Assembly: GCA_976226885.1 (NCBI GenBank)
Contig: OZ320322.1
Span: forward strand, 49,786,001 to 49,850,000
Direction: 5' to 3'
DNA: 64,000 nt
From: Iphione sp. A-MEVVRFRX5
Lineage: Eukaryota
Made by a program: the position numbers and the translations under genes. Under the pieces are notes generated by a model, which did no database searches, was not told where the DNA came from, and worked only from the letters and a program-made list of their open reading frames with translations. Positions 63,442 to 64,000 of the stretch are shown one piece after another; position 1 is the first letter of the stretch, and each line of letters begins with the position of its first letter.

Positions 63442-64000
63442 GTAAGTGTCTTTGTCCTGTACCTCCAAGAAGATGGGGCGACCTTAATAATGGCGACGGT
63501 GCAATCCTCCTTCGTGATCTTGTGGGTCTGTGTCATTCTAAACAATTGTTTAAATGTTCTGATTTTTTCAGTACGATGTTTCTCCATTTTGATTCTTGAC
63601 ACTGTCTTTTTTTTTATCATTCCAAGTGATTATATATGTCATATTAATGATGCTTTAATGTGTAGTTGCACACACAGACTAACATACTCACCAGAGTCAG
63701 TTTGTTTATAGATTTCAAGGCATGAAGCTATGTCATAGTCTGCTCAGCCAGCCAGAACTAATAAGTTCCACTTGATTGAATGGCTAGTGGGGGACAATAG
63801 ATCTCATCAGCCCCCTTCCTTGTTATAACAGAAAATCATTAGAATATCACAGTAACCTACTAAAGGTAGGACATTTTATATATGTTTGCATTTTATCACA
63901 TGTAACTGATTGCGAGAGGAATGAGACAGCACACTTTGAAGAAAGACTATCCTCTGTATCTATCAAATGTTGTCGGTTGGAGAGCTGTCATGGACGTAAG

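Overview
Eukaryotic (invertebrate animal) genomic DNA with GC3-rich exons in AT-rich, repeat-laden introns and three N gaps (11344-11513, 36155-36285, 58612-58745). I found no rRNA, CRISPR array or intact tRNA. I rebuilt the genes by hand by matching splice phases. (1) A 7-exon + strand gene (8566-23198, ~712 aa) encodes a PH domain, a Pro/Thr/Gln-rich linker and tandem PDZ-like domains; I cannot name it. A 5'-truncated cytochrome c pseudogene sits antisense in one of its introns. (2) ASB3 (ankyrin repeats + SOCS box, - strand, 7 coding exons, ~650 aa, one GC-AG intron). (3) PCGF3/l(3)73Ah (Polycomb RING-RAWUL, + strand, 7 coding exons, ~232 aa), head-to-head with ASB3. (4) The 5' part of a probable ciliary gene (CABCOCO1/CFAP119-like by recall) with two candidate first exons; it runs off the window end. 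The most novel candidate is a spliced two-exon 30-aa small ORF (MLERCWRGMFLATSTFIRVILWNKGRFCFI, - strand, 52942-52923 + 51282-51210), which is below the ORF-track cutoff. Mobile DNA includes a solo LTR and a CR1/L2-type LINE fragment both inside one purine-rich minisatellite, Tc1/mariner and PIF/Harbinger MITEs, and a tRNA-derived SINE. Family assignments come from remembered motifs; no database search was run.
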